The notes under the pieces were generated by a model. That model searched no databases, was not told the DNA's origin, and saw only the letters and a program-made list of their open reading frames with translations. From Roseibacillus sp. (lineage in GTDB: Bacteria; Verrucomicrobiota; Verrucomicrobiia; Verrucomicrobiales; Akkermansiaceae), in NCBI GenBank assembly GCA_965242925.1, contig CBDEUM010000014.1, positions 192,001 to 256,000 on the forward strand: a stretch of 64,000 bases of DNA, in the 5' to 3' direction. A program made the position numbers and the translations under genes. Below are positions 19,917-29,003 of the stretch, one piece after another. The stretch's first letter is position 1. Every line of letters begins with the position of its first letter.

Positions 19917-21747
19917 CCTATTACCCTCCCTGGCCATCGCCGCCACGGGCCTTCTGGCCTTTCCGGGCCTTGCCCAGGAGGAAGAGGACCGGGCCGACAG
20001 CATCGTAGGGACCAAGCAGCGCCTTGGGTCCGAGGTCAATCGGCAGAACGGCGTGGGCCGTCGTATGAATTCCGTTGTCCGGCGCCTCAGCTTTCTCCTC
20101 GAGGACCTGCAATCCAATGGACTCGCCGAGGAAGGCGGAGCAAACACCCTTAATGAAACCCGCAACTCCCTGGGGGGACTTCGCACCAAGAAGGTGGTGA
20201 CTGCCCGCGATGAGCTCGCCAATGCCCGTGAGAAGTTCCGCCCCGGTAAACCGGAGAACTCCCACCCTCATCTCGCGGAAGCGGGCAAGACCATTGAGGA
20301 AATCGTGGAAGAGCTCGGCAAGATCATCTCCGGCGCCAACACTGTCCTGGTCGACGATCTCCTCGTGAAGCAGGTCCGCGAGATCATCAAGACCGAGGAG
20401 TTCATGCAGCGCCAGACCAAGCAATGGGGGATCGAGGCCTACAGGAACAAGGATGCCGCCAAGGTTGACCAGGCTCGCCTGGGCCGCGCCCAGCAGGCGG
20501 TCATTGATCGCTACGGACAGTTTTTCCAGACTCTCGTGAAGGCCCGTAAGGAGGCCGTAGACGAAGAGACCCTGAGCCGGTTTGGAAGGGCTGAGCTCTC
20601 CCTCCTTGAGAGCAAACCCGTCCCGCACATGGCCCGTGCCATCGAGCAGATCGCCCAGACCAAGGCTGCCGACGCGGTGACGGACCAGGAGAAGGCTCTC
20701 GAGGCCCTCCGCGAGGCGGAGAAGATCCTGGCCGCGGAGTCCAGCGGAATGTCGGACCTCGTGGCGGATATCGCCCAGATCCTTGCCGACCAGAAGGATC
20801 TGCAACAGGATACCGTGCAGGCTGAGGGTGAGGTCTTCAAATCCGAGCAAAGCCAGCTGGAAGCCCGTCAGCTTGAGATCGGCATCCAGATCGAGGAAGT
20901 GGCCGAAGAACACCTTACGGAAGAAGCGACTCCCGATGCCGAGGATCCCCTGCGCGACGCCCTGACCGAGGCTGGCGAACACGTGGCTGTAGCGGCCGCC
21001 GAGATCAATACCGGCAACAAGGACGGCGGAATCAAGGCCCAGAGCGATGTCATCGCGGCCCTGGAACAGGCTCTCGCCGCTGCCGAGGCCGGGGCCGAGG
21101 CCGAACTCGGATCCGGTGATGGCCTTTCCGACGATGGAGGAGCCGGCGACGATGGATTTGGCGACGATGGATTTGGCGACGATGGATTCGGCGACGATGG
21201 ATTCGGCGACGATGGATTCGGCGATGATGGATTTGGGGCCGACGGAGCTGGGGCCGGAGCAGATGCTGGTGCCGGAGCTGGTGCCGGAGCTGGTGCTGGT
21301 GCTGGTGCCGGTGCTGGTGCTGGAGCTGGTGCTGGAGCTGGAGCCGGAGCTGGTGCTGGAGCTGGAGCTGGAGCTGGAGCCGGAGCTGGAGCTGGAGCCG
21401 GAGCCGGAGCTGGAGCCGGAGCTGGAGCTGGAGCTGGTGCTGGAGCCGGAGCTGGAGCTGGTGCTGGTGCTGGTGCTGGAGCTGGGGCCGGACAGGGCAG
21501 CGGACAGGGACAGGGACAGGGACAGGGTGGAGGGCAGGGGAAAGGTAATCCCCTCGACCTGCAGGAAAGTTCAGCAGCCGGAACCTCCTCAACCGTAGCC
21601 CAGGGAGACGCGGTGGCCCGCACCCGGCAATCCAGCAATTCTCTCACCCGGCGCAGACGCTCTGCTGCCATCCAGAATTATGTGCAACCTCTCCCGGCAG
21701 AGTTTCGGAAGATGGTTGCGGAGTATTATGAAGCCCTTGAGGAATGA
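19897..21747 (+). CDS. Secreted coiled-coil protein with (GDDGF)6 and (AG)38 low-complexity tail (DUF4175-like C-terminal half)
   Basis: Signal peptide, Q-rich heptads, Gly-rich region, terminal LPAEFRKMVAEYYEAL motif. Overlaps both neighbouring genes. Confidence 0.8.
   Translation: MMKAKNSLLPSLAIAATGLLAFPGLAQEEEDRADSIVGTKQRLGSEVNRQNGVGRRMNSVVRRLSFLLEDLQSNGLAEEGGANTLNETRNSLGGLRTKKVVTARDELANAREKFRPGKPENSHPHLAEAGKTIEEIVEELGKIISGANTVLVDDLLVKQVREIIKTEEFMQRQTKQWGIEAYRNKDAAKVDQARLGRAQQAVIDRYGQFFQTLVKARKEAVDEETLSRFGRAELSLLESKPVPHMARAIEQIAQTKAADAVTDQEKALEALREAEKILAAESSGMSDLVADIAQILADQKDLQQDTVQAEGEVFKSEQSQLEARQLEIGIQIEEVAEEHLTEEATPDAEDPLRDALTEAGEHVAVAAAEINTGNKDGGIKAQSDVIAALEQALAAAEAGAEAELGSGDGLSDDGGAGDDGFGDDGFGDDGFGDDGFGDDGFGDDGFGADGAGAGADAGAGAGAGAGAGAGAGAGAGAGAGAGAGAGAGAGAGAGAGAGAGAGAGAGAGAGAGAGAGAGAGAGAGAGAGAGAGQGSGQGQGQGQGGGQGKGNPLDLQESSAAGTSSTVAQGDAVARTRQSSNSLTRRRRSAAIQNYVQPLPAEFRKMVAEYYEALEE
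21145..21234 (+). repeat. Six tandem 15-bp repeats GGCGAYGATGGATTY encoding (GDDGF)6
   Basis: Counted directly; variation only at synonymous third positions. Confidence 0.97.
21265..21492 (+). repeat. 38 tandem 6-bp units GCYGGN encoding (AG)38
   Basis: 228 nt of gct/gcc + ggt/gga/ggg, in frame with the 19897 ORF. Confidence 0.97.
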
Positions 21748-22805
21748 ACACCCGACCACTTCGCACAACCACCGTGGCTGCCCTGACCGCAGCCTCCCTG
21801 ATCACCACCACTCTTCCCCTTGCCCGCGTCCAGGCACAGGATGAGGCCGCGCCTACCCAGACCGTTGGGGTAGCCCGGCTCACCCCTGAGGCCGAAGCCG
21901 CCATCACGAAGGGGCTGGCCTATCTCGCCAAGGACGGGACCCAGAACCCCGATGGCAGCTGGGGAGGATCCGGCAACCCGGTGGCAGAAACTTCCGTGGG
22001 ATTGATGGCCTTCATGCTGAAGGGCTATGTGCCGGGCCGTGGCGAGTATGGACGCCTGATGGACAAGGCGATCTCCTACCTCATCAACAAGGGCCGGGAG
22101 CAACGGGGCTTCATGGGGACTCCAAACAACCATGCCGGCATGTATGAACACGGACTTGCCGTTCTCGCCCTCTCCGAGGCCTGGGGTCAAAGCAAGAATC
22201 CCCGCCTGAAAACCGCCCTGCGCCGTGCCGTCGACATCATCCTGCGGGCCCAGAATGCGGAAGGAGGATGGCGCTATAACCCGGAACCCCGGGACGCCGA
22301 CCTCTCCATGACCGTCATGCACGTGGTCGCCCTGAATTCCGCCCGGGAAGCTGGCATCTCCGTCCCGGATGCCACCATCGAGAAAGCCACCAAATACGTC
22401 CTCTCCTGTCAGGATGAGGACAGCGGGGGCTTTCGCTACCAGCCCGGCGGCGGGGAACCCGGATTTGCCAGAACCGCAGCCGGGGTCATGTCCCTCATCA
22501 TGTGCGGGCAGCTCCGGCACAAGGCCACCCAGCGTGGGCTCGCTTTCCTCAAGGCCTATCCCGACCGTAAATTCGACAAGAACTATCCCCGTTTCCACTA
22601 CTCCCACTACTACGCGGTCCAGTCGATGTACCAGGCCGGCGAATCCGACTTCCAGGCCTGGTACCCGAAGATTGCGGCTACCATCGTCTCCAAACAGCAG
22701 CAGGACGGCAGCTGGGGCGGAGCTCACGGCACGGTTTACGGAACCGGATTTTCCATCCTCATTCTGGGAGTGCCTTACCGCTACCTTCCCATCTACCAGC
22801 GCTAA
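21744..22805 (+). CDS. Secreted prenyltransferase/squalene-oxidase-repeat (alpha/alpha)6 barrel protein
   Basis: Signal peptide; QW-type motifs QNPDGSW, QNAEGGW, QDEDSGGF, QQQDGSW; MYEHG; DLSMT; terminal YLPIYQR. Confidence 0.9.
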   Translation: MNTRPLRTTTVAALTAASLITTTLPLARVQAQDEAAPTQTVGVARLTPEAEAAITKGLAYLAKDGTQNPDGSWGGSGNPVAETSVGLMAFMLKGYVPGRGEYGRLMDKAISYLINKGREQRGFMGTPNNHAGMYEHGLAVLALSEAWGQSKNPRLKTALRRAVDIILRAQNAEGGWRYNPEPRDADLSMTVMHVVALNSAREAGISVPDATIEKATKYVLSCQDEDSGGFRYQPGGGEPGFARTAAGVMSLIMCGQLRHKATQRGLAFLKAYPDRKFDKNYPRFHYSHYYAVQSMYQAGESDFQAWYPKIAATIVSKQQQDGSWGGAHGTVYGTGFSILILGVPYRYLPIYQR

Positions 22806-22886
22806 CGGTGAGTCCCTCCCGGCCGACGGGATTCACGGTTCCGGGGCAGACCGGAATCCATAGGGCCTGAGCCGCATCAGTCGCAT

Positions 22887-24791
22887 ATGATCCGCCTCCC
22901 TCACAGCGTCGCCATCGGCCTTCTCGCCGGTGCCTGTGCCTGGCTCCCGGCCGCACCACCACCGGCCGGAGCTGGCCGGATGCTACAGCAACTCGAGAGC
23001 GAGAGTTGGATTCAGCAGGCCGAAGCCCTCCACTATCTCGGCGAACACCGGGTGGAGCTGGCCGCTGATGACGTCCGGGCTCTGCTCAACGACAAACCCG
23101 TCCATTCCTGGATTCGTGGACGCGCCCTGCTCGCCCTGTCGCAGATCGAGAACGGGGTGAATCCCGGTGAATTCGGCAAGTGGGTCGCCCACGACCAGGG
23201 CGCTCTCCGCGCGGCCGCCGCCGAGGTGCTCGAACTCCACGGAGGCAACTCCGCAACGACCTGGATCGGGATCCTCCTGAAAGATGCCGATCCTGCCGTC
23301 AAGTGCCAAGCTGCCGCTGCCCATGCACGCCGGAAGAAGGGGGACGCCTGGGCGGTGGTCGATCAGCTCACCACCACACCAGACCCAACCCTCGCCCGGG
23401 CCTCGGCCCGGGCCCTGGCCTTCACCGGCAACGAGGCCGCCCTCACCCGTCTGGCCAAACAACTCGCCACCCCCGGACTGATCCGCGAGTCGCTTCGTGG
23501 GATCAGTGATATCCAGAGCGCCCCCCTCATTCCGATTCTCCTCAATCTCCTCCCTGACCTCGAGGAAACCGACCTCAACTACGCCGCAATTCTTACCGGA
23601 CTGCAGAATCAGGAATGGAAGAAGGTCACCGCTGGCATGGCTGATTTCATCAAGAGCGGCGACGAAAAACGCGTGCGTAGCGCTGCCCGCCTCATAACCA
23701 CCCTCACGCGTTCCCCGGAACTCGGTCCCCCTCTTCGCGAAGCCCTTGCTGAGGCCACCCAGACCGAGACGATCGAGGCGGGCCTGATCGCCCTCGGTTC
23801 CGCGGCCATGAATCCTGACGAGCACCACCAGTTCTTCGGCAAAACCCTCAAGCACGAGGAATCCTCCATCCGCTCCCTCAGCATCCGCTGCCTGGCCCAT
23901 TGCAAGGAAATCAACCACTACGACATCCTGCGCGAGAGTCTGGTCGACGAGGATCCCGAAGTGATCCGGGCCGCTCTGAGCGCACTCAAGCGCCAACCGG
24001 CCGTGAACGCCCCCCAGGGCAGGCTCGTGGCCTACCTCGAAGCTCCCCTCTCCAGCGACGACGAGACCGTCCGCGCCCTGGCCTATGAAGTCCTCGCCCA
24101 CGCAGGAAGTGAAGCGGACTTCCGCCCCGCTATGGCCGCGTTGGAGGAACTCCTGACCGGCAAGGATGAGATCCTGCGTGCAGCCGCAGCCAAGGCGCTC
24201 GGCGCTCTGGCCCCGGAAGACCAGATCGGAGAAGTGGTGGCGGCCCAGGGATATCTCGCCCACTGGATGGTGATCGGCACCTTCCTCAATGACAAGGAAC
24301 ACAAGGCTTTCCACGAAGTACACGAACCGGAAAAGGAAATCGACTTTGAGAAAAGCTACAAGGCGACCTACATCTGGCTCCTCGAAGGCCGCAGCGACAA
24401 GCCCATTGAGCGCGAGGTCACCTGGGGCGAGGGCATCGTCGACCGGACCGACGGCAAACTTGCCATGTCCTCCCAGCTTCCCCCACCCGGATCATTCGCG
24501 GTGGGCTACGCGGTAGCCGACATCCACGTGGACACCGCGAGGGAGGTCACCCTCGACGTTGACGGTGACGACGCTTTCCGCATCTGGCTTAACGGTGAGA
24601 AAATCTCGGAGAAGATCGCCCCCTACCAGCACCGCAAGGACTGCATCGCCGAACACAAGGGCCTGCAGGTCAAGCTCGTGGCCGGAACCAACCGCTTCAT
24701 CGTCAAGTCCGCCAATGTGGACTATCGTTGGTGGGTGCGCCTCCGGCTCACCGATTCCAACGGGATCCCGATTCCCTTCCGAACACCATGA
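22887..24791 (+). CDS. Secreted HEAT-repeat protein with C-terminal PA14-like beta-sandwich
   Basis: Repeated L.D.DP.VR.AA..AL helices; C-terminal WMVIG.F ... GDDAFRIWLNG ... LVAGTNRFIVK. Confidence 0.82.
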   Translation: MIRLPHSVAIGLLAGACAWLPAAPPPAGAGRMLQQLESESWIQQAEALHYLGEHRVELAADDVRALLNDKPVHSWIRGRALLALSQIENGVNPGEFGKWVAHDQGALRAAAAEVLELHGGNSATTWIGILLKDADPAVKCQAAAAHARRKKGDAWAVVDQLTTTPDPTLARASARALAFTGNEAALTRLAKQLATPGLIRESLRGISDIQSAPLIPILLNLLPDLEETDLNYAAILTGLQNQEWKKVTAGMADFIKSGDEKRVRSAARLITTLTRSPELGPPLREALAEATQTETIEAGLIALGSAAMNPDEHHQFFGKTLKHEESSIRSLSIRCLAHCKEINHYDILRESLVDEDPEVIRAALSALKRQPAVNAPQGRLVAYLEAPLSSDDETVRALAYEVLAHAGSEADFRPAMAALEELLTGKDEILRAAAAKALGALAPEDQIGEVVAAQGYLAHWMVIGTFLNDKEHKAFHEVHEPEKEIDFEKSYKATYIWLLEGRSDKPIEREVTWGEGIVDRTDGKLAMSSQLPPPGSFAVGYAVADIHVDTAREVTLDVDGDDAFRIWLNGEKISEKIAPYQHRKDCIAEHKGLQVKLVAGTNRFIVKSANVDYRWWVRLRLTDSNGIPIPFRTP

Positions 24792-27700
24792 GGCCGGGAC
24801 TGCGAACGCTCTTCTGCTGTCTGCCTTTTCTCGGTGTTCCACTCTTTGCCGCTGCGGAGGTCCCGATCTCCGACCCCCGCTGGGCCAAGGCCCAGAGCGC
24901 CTACGACGCCGGTCACAAGGATGAAGGTCACAGCCTCCTGATCGAACTCGCGGAGTCTCATCCCGGCCACCTCGATCTCGCGGTGGCCTGCTACTCGACC
25001 ATCCTTGAGGAGGAAGGGCGGCTCCTGAAATCCAATCCATGGATTGATCTCGCCGCTGGACGTCTCGTCGCCCTCGAACAGGTTGGCGCAATCTCTGCAA
25101 ACACCCGCTCCATCCACGAGGCCGTCCCGCGGTTTATCGACAAGGCCCTGCAGGACGGGCAACAGCTCGAAGCCCGCGAAACAACCGACCGCCTCTATCG
25201 GGAGAATCCCAATGACCTCTATTGGCGCATCCGTCAGGCCTATAATTACCGCCGCATGGACCTGCTGGACACCCTTCCCCTCTACCAGAAACTCAAGGAA
25301 GACCTCGACCCCGATCACCCCCATCCCTACACCCGCGAACTCTGGAGCTGGATGGACAACGAGTTGAAGATCATCGAGAAACTGCCCCATCCCATCTACC
25401 CCCTTCCAGAGGGCACTCCCCTCGCCCTCATGTCCCCCGACGACCCGGATGGCTACTGGCGGACCGTTCTCGACCGTTCCCCCGCCGATATCCCAATCCA
25501 GGTCGATCGTGTCGCCGCCCTTGCCCGCAACCAGATCATCCCCTGGCAGGATCAGACGGGCCTCACCGATCCCCTCCGGGCTCTCGACCTCCACCTGCAG
25601 TCCAAGCCTGCCGCCGAACTTGCCGCGCTGCGCACGCTCCAGGATGATCTCTTTGCCCGGGAGAGGCTGCCAAATCAACCGAAGGAAGCCGATCTGCTCT
25701 CCCTGAGTCGCCGGTTTGCCTGGTCGGCTGAAGTCCACAGAAAGCTGCTCGCAGTAGCCAACGAGGCCCTCTGGGAAGGCCGGTCCGAATCCGCCCTGCG
25801 TAGCTTTCGTGAAATTCTCACCCACTCCGCTGACCCGGCCCTGAGGGATGCCGCCCAGGTGGGAGCGTGGACGGCTCTCAAGCTGATCGGAGCATTCGGC
25901 GAGCTGCGGGCCTTCGCTGACGCCATCGACCCCGGCAAGACGTATCCCTGGATGGGCAAAACTGCCAAGGGAGCACAGATCAGGGCGGAGCTTCGCAAGG
26001 GAGTTCCCACCCCCCCTCCGACCCAGGCGCCTTCTCTCAAGGGGCTGAGCCAGCACGTCCTCCAGCTCCCTCCAGTTTCCCCCTGGCCTACCGACACCCC
26101 TGCCATCGGTTTTGGGATCGATCTCCAGATCGCTGGATCGCAGATCATCGCAAGTGGCCGCAACCTGCTGGTGAGCTACGATGCAAACGATCCGGGAACT
26201 CCTCTATGGTCCCATCTTCAACCCCATCCGATCGAACATCATCGCCACACCGGATTTCACCCCGGCTACTTCCGTCCGCTCATCCTCGACGACACCCTCT
26301 ACACCCGTTGGGGTCTCACCTCCCTCCCCAATGGGATTGCAGCCTTCGAACTGGCCGGGGGTCAACCTCTCTGGTCCTACGGCTACGACCGCGGCAGGTC
26401 TCCCTATTCAAGCGGGGTCCCCATGGGCGACCCTGTGGCTGCGGACGGCGGCCTCTTCTATCTGCAGTGGCATACCCCCGGTGGTGTCACCGACCGCAAC
26501 CGGACCGTGAGTCTCATCCATTTCGATCCCAACGAGCGGCGACCCCGCTGGTCGGCTGATCTCGTCAGAGCGGGCCGGGCCGCCGATATCAGCGGGAGCA
26601 TGCAACAGTCTGCCCCACAAAATACCATCTATGGGAATGCCGTCACCGTTCATCGGGGGGCCGTCTACTGCAACACCAACGCCGGCATGATCATCCGCTG
26701 TGACGTGCGCGACGGTCGCGTCGACTGGATTCACAATTACCGCCGGCAGAACTCCAGCCTCGTCCCCGAAAACCTGGGCGCGAAACCGATTATCAGCGGC
26801 AGCATGGTCATCTGCATGCCCCGGGATGATGGGCGGATCTTCGCCCTCGACCAGGACACCGGTCTTCTCGTCTGGGACAATCCCCTCGTGATGGGAACCG
26901 AGATGATCGGAGTCTCCGGGCACACCCTCGTCGTGCGAGGCGCAGGAGTCCTCTCCGGGCTGGACATCAAGACCGGCATAGCCCGCTGGTTCCGTCCTCT
27001 CCCCCTGGGGGCTCTCGGACGCGCACTTCTTCGGGGGGATTCTGTCTACCTCGGATCAGTCAGCGAGGTGACGCGCATCGAGGCCCTTACGGGCAAGGCG
27101 CTGGAGCGCCGCCCCTGGGCCCTCGGCGAGGCCCGGCCTCTGGCATTCACCATCGCCCACAACAGGATCTTCGTGATGAGTGACAATCCTGCCCCAGACC
27201 GCAGACACAACATCGGCGAACCCCTGGCCCGTATCAAGGTGTCACCCGCCTCTCTCAAGCTCCCGCTCCGACGCACCTGGAGCCTCACCCGCAGCGATGC
27301 CCGGATCGCCCTCGCCCCAGCCTCCTCGGGATTGCGGGACACCGCCTACCTTCTCTCCGGCGGCATCCTCGAATGTCTCGACCTCAGCCCCAGCGGATCG
27401 ATCAAATGGCGCCGCTTCGTGGACGCCCACAATGCATCCCTGTCCTTCGTTGGCGAAAAGCTCTTCCTCGTGGGAAACGGACGTTCGCGCCGCGGTCGTA
27501 ACCGGGCCGTCGCCCTCAGCGCCAGAAACGGACGTTTCCTCTGGGAGGCTCCTGTTCCCTCCGCCCTCGGAAATCCCTTCTTCTTCGGAACGAGGATCAT
27601 GTACCACGACCGCCGCGGCAAAATGGTGGTCCTCGACCACGAGAACGGAACCCAGGCCTGGGAACGCACCTTGAACGAGGGACATCTTGTCGATCCCTAC

Positions 27701-28933
27701 TGGGACGGCCAGAACCTGAATATCTTCCATGCCTCCAAGTGGCACGGACCTCACCACCTTGTTCTCGATCCCGCCACCGGTCGGACCATCCGGCGTAATC
27801 GTATCATTGTTGCCAACACTCCCTCTGCCAACCTGGCCCGCCCCCTGGAAAATGGATGGTTTGAAGTACGCTTTCCCGCTCGAACCGCCAGCTGGGTTCG
27901 GCTGACCGCCCTTTCCGAAGTCAATGGTGGAGGCTGGGCCTCCGCAGCGGAACTGCACGTTCTCGATGGGGACGGCAAACCTCTTCTCCGGGACAAGTGG
28001 ATCATCGAGGCAGAACACGAACGCAACAATGGTCTCCGGGCCCTGCCCCCCAATCTGGTTGATGGTGACCCCGCCACCTGGTGGCACTCGCCGTGGAAGC
28101 ATCCCGACAAACCCGCCATTGGAAAGATTGTTCCGCACCCCCATTTCATCCACATCAACCTCGGCGCACCCCAGCGCGTCAGCGGGTTTCAGTACCTGCC
28201 CGCCAAGATCAATAACAACAACGGCATGATTCGTGACTATGAGTTTCATGCACGGGTGGACCTTGACCGGGACTGGGGCGACCCGGTCGCCGCCGGAATT
28301 CTTGTCAACCGCCTTCACGTCAATCGTAACCACTTCGGTCCCGGTGCCGTATTCTTCGATGCCCGTAATTACCCTGGAAACAAACAGACTGTCTTCCGCT
28401 ATAATCTGGACGGCCAAGCCGCCCAGCCAGTCGAAGAAGAGGGCCATCTCCTTTCCACGCACGGACGCTATGCCCTCATCACCTCCAAGAATAAGCTCAT
28501 CCTGCGACGGTCCGATGATCCAAACTACCGCTTTGAACTCACACCCCACATCGAGCACGGACGCCACGGTGACATTGTCATAGAGGGTGACCGTCTCATC
28601 ATGGGGCGCCATAAGATCGCGATCGCCGACCTCAACGCCAAACGCTTCCTTGAGATCCCCGAGGATCCGAAATCACGCCGTCACCAGAATGGCAACTTTG
28701 TCCGCCTGCAGGATGGGCACTTCCTCAAGATCGTCCACCACGGCAACAAGCAGGAACTCGCCCTCATCAACATGACCACCGGGCACATCACGGAGGGAGT
28801 CCTGGAGACGCAGGTCGAGCGCTTCACCGAAGACCGCTTCCTCAAGCCCCCCCGCCAACGCCTCCTCACCTTCGACCGGACTCTCCTCTTCTACGACAAC
28901 TCAACCCTGAGTGCGTGGGTGGCTGCGAATTGA
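24788..28933 (+). CDS. Large secreted protein: helical N-terminus, PQQ-like propellers, inserted F5/8 type C (discoidin) domain
   Basis: ATG at 24788 overlaps the upstream TGA; signal peptide; D..TG...W blades; DGDPATWWHS..PHPHFIHINLG. Confidence 0.8.
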   Translation: MRPGLRTLFCCLPFLGVPLFAAAEVPISDPRWAKAQSAYDAGHKDEGHSLLIELAESHPGHLDLAVACYSTILEEEGRLLKSNPWIDLAAGRLVALEQVGAISANTRSIHEAVPRFIDKALQDGQQLEARETTDRLYRENPNDLYWRIRQAYNYRRMDLLDTLPLYQKLKEDLDPDHPHPYTRELWSWMDNELKIIEKLPHPIYPLPEGTPLALMSPDDPDGYWRTVLDRSPADIPIQVDRVAALARNQIIPWQDQTGLTDPLRALDLHLQSKPAAELAALRTLQDDLFARERLPNQPKEADLLSLSRRFAWSAEVHRKLLAVANEALWEGRSESALRSFREILTHSADPALRDAAQVGAWTALKLIGAFGELRAFADAIDPGKTYPWMGKTAKGAQIRAELRKGVPTPPPTQAPSLKGLSQHVLQLPPVSPWPTDTPAIGFGIDLQIAGSQIIASGRNLLVSYDANDPGTPLWSHLQPHPIEHHRHTGFHPGYFRPLILDDTLYTRWGLTSLPNGIAAFELAGGQPLWSYGYDRGRSPYSSGVPMGDPVAADGGLFYLQWHTPGGVTDRNRTVSLIHFDPNERRPRWSADLVRAGRAADISGSMQQSAPQNTIYGNAVTVHRGAVYCNTNAGMIIRCDVRDGRVDWIHNYRRQNSSLVPENLGAKPIISGSMVICMPRDDGRIFALDQDTGLLVWDNPLVMGTEMIGVSGHTLVVRGAGVLSGLDIKTGIARWFRPLPLGALGRALLRGDSVYLGSVSEVTRIEALTGKALERRPWALGEARPLAFTIAHNRIFVMSDNPAPDRRHNIGEPLARIKVSPASLKLPLRRTWSLTRSDARIALAPASSGLRDTAYLLSGGILECLDLSPSGSIKWRRFVDAHNASLSFVGEKLFLVGNGRSRRGRNRAVALSARNGRFLWEAPVPSALGNPFFFGTRIMYHDRRGKMVVLDHENGTQAWERTLNEGHLVDPYWDGQNLNIFHASKWHGPHHLVLDPATGRTIRRNRIIVANTPSANLARPLENGWFEVRFPARTASWVRLTALSEVNGGGWASAAELHVLDGDGKPLLRDKWIIEAEHERNNGLRALPPNLVDGDPATWWHSPWKHPDKPAIGKIVPHPHFIHINLGAPQRVSGFQYLPAKINNNNGMIRDYEFHARVDLDRDWGDPVAAGILVNRLHVNRNHFGPGAVFFDARNYPGNKQTVFRYNLDGQAAQPVEEEGHLLSTHGRYALITSKNKLILRRSDDPNYRFELTPHIEHGRHGDIVIEGDRLIMGRHKIAIADLNAKRFLEIPEDPKSRRHQNGNFVRLQDGHFLKIVHHGNKQELALINMTTGHITEGVLETQVERFTEDRFLKPPRQRLLTFDRTLLFYDNSTLSAWVAAN

Positions 28934-29003
28934 ATCGGGCAGGAGGCCCGGATGAATTCACCGAAGGTCTTTCCAAACCCTTCCCTGGATCATAAGGAAG
29001 AGA

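Noticed and set aside
21145..21234. Possible CRISPR array
   Set aside because: Contiguous 15-bp units with no spacers, in frame within a CDS, and no cas genes.
20868..21671. Antisense poly(PA) ORF and alternative-frame (LE)n / (HQ/LQ)n ORFs
   Set aside because: Stop-free by-products of the GA repeat; synonymous variation fits only the GA register, whose sense ORF lies in the operon.
21744..22805. Squalene-hopene cyclase / hopanoid biosynthesis
   Set aside because: Single barrel, signal peptide, no DxDD, and no hpn genes nearby.
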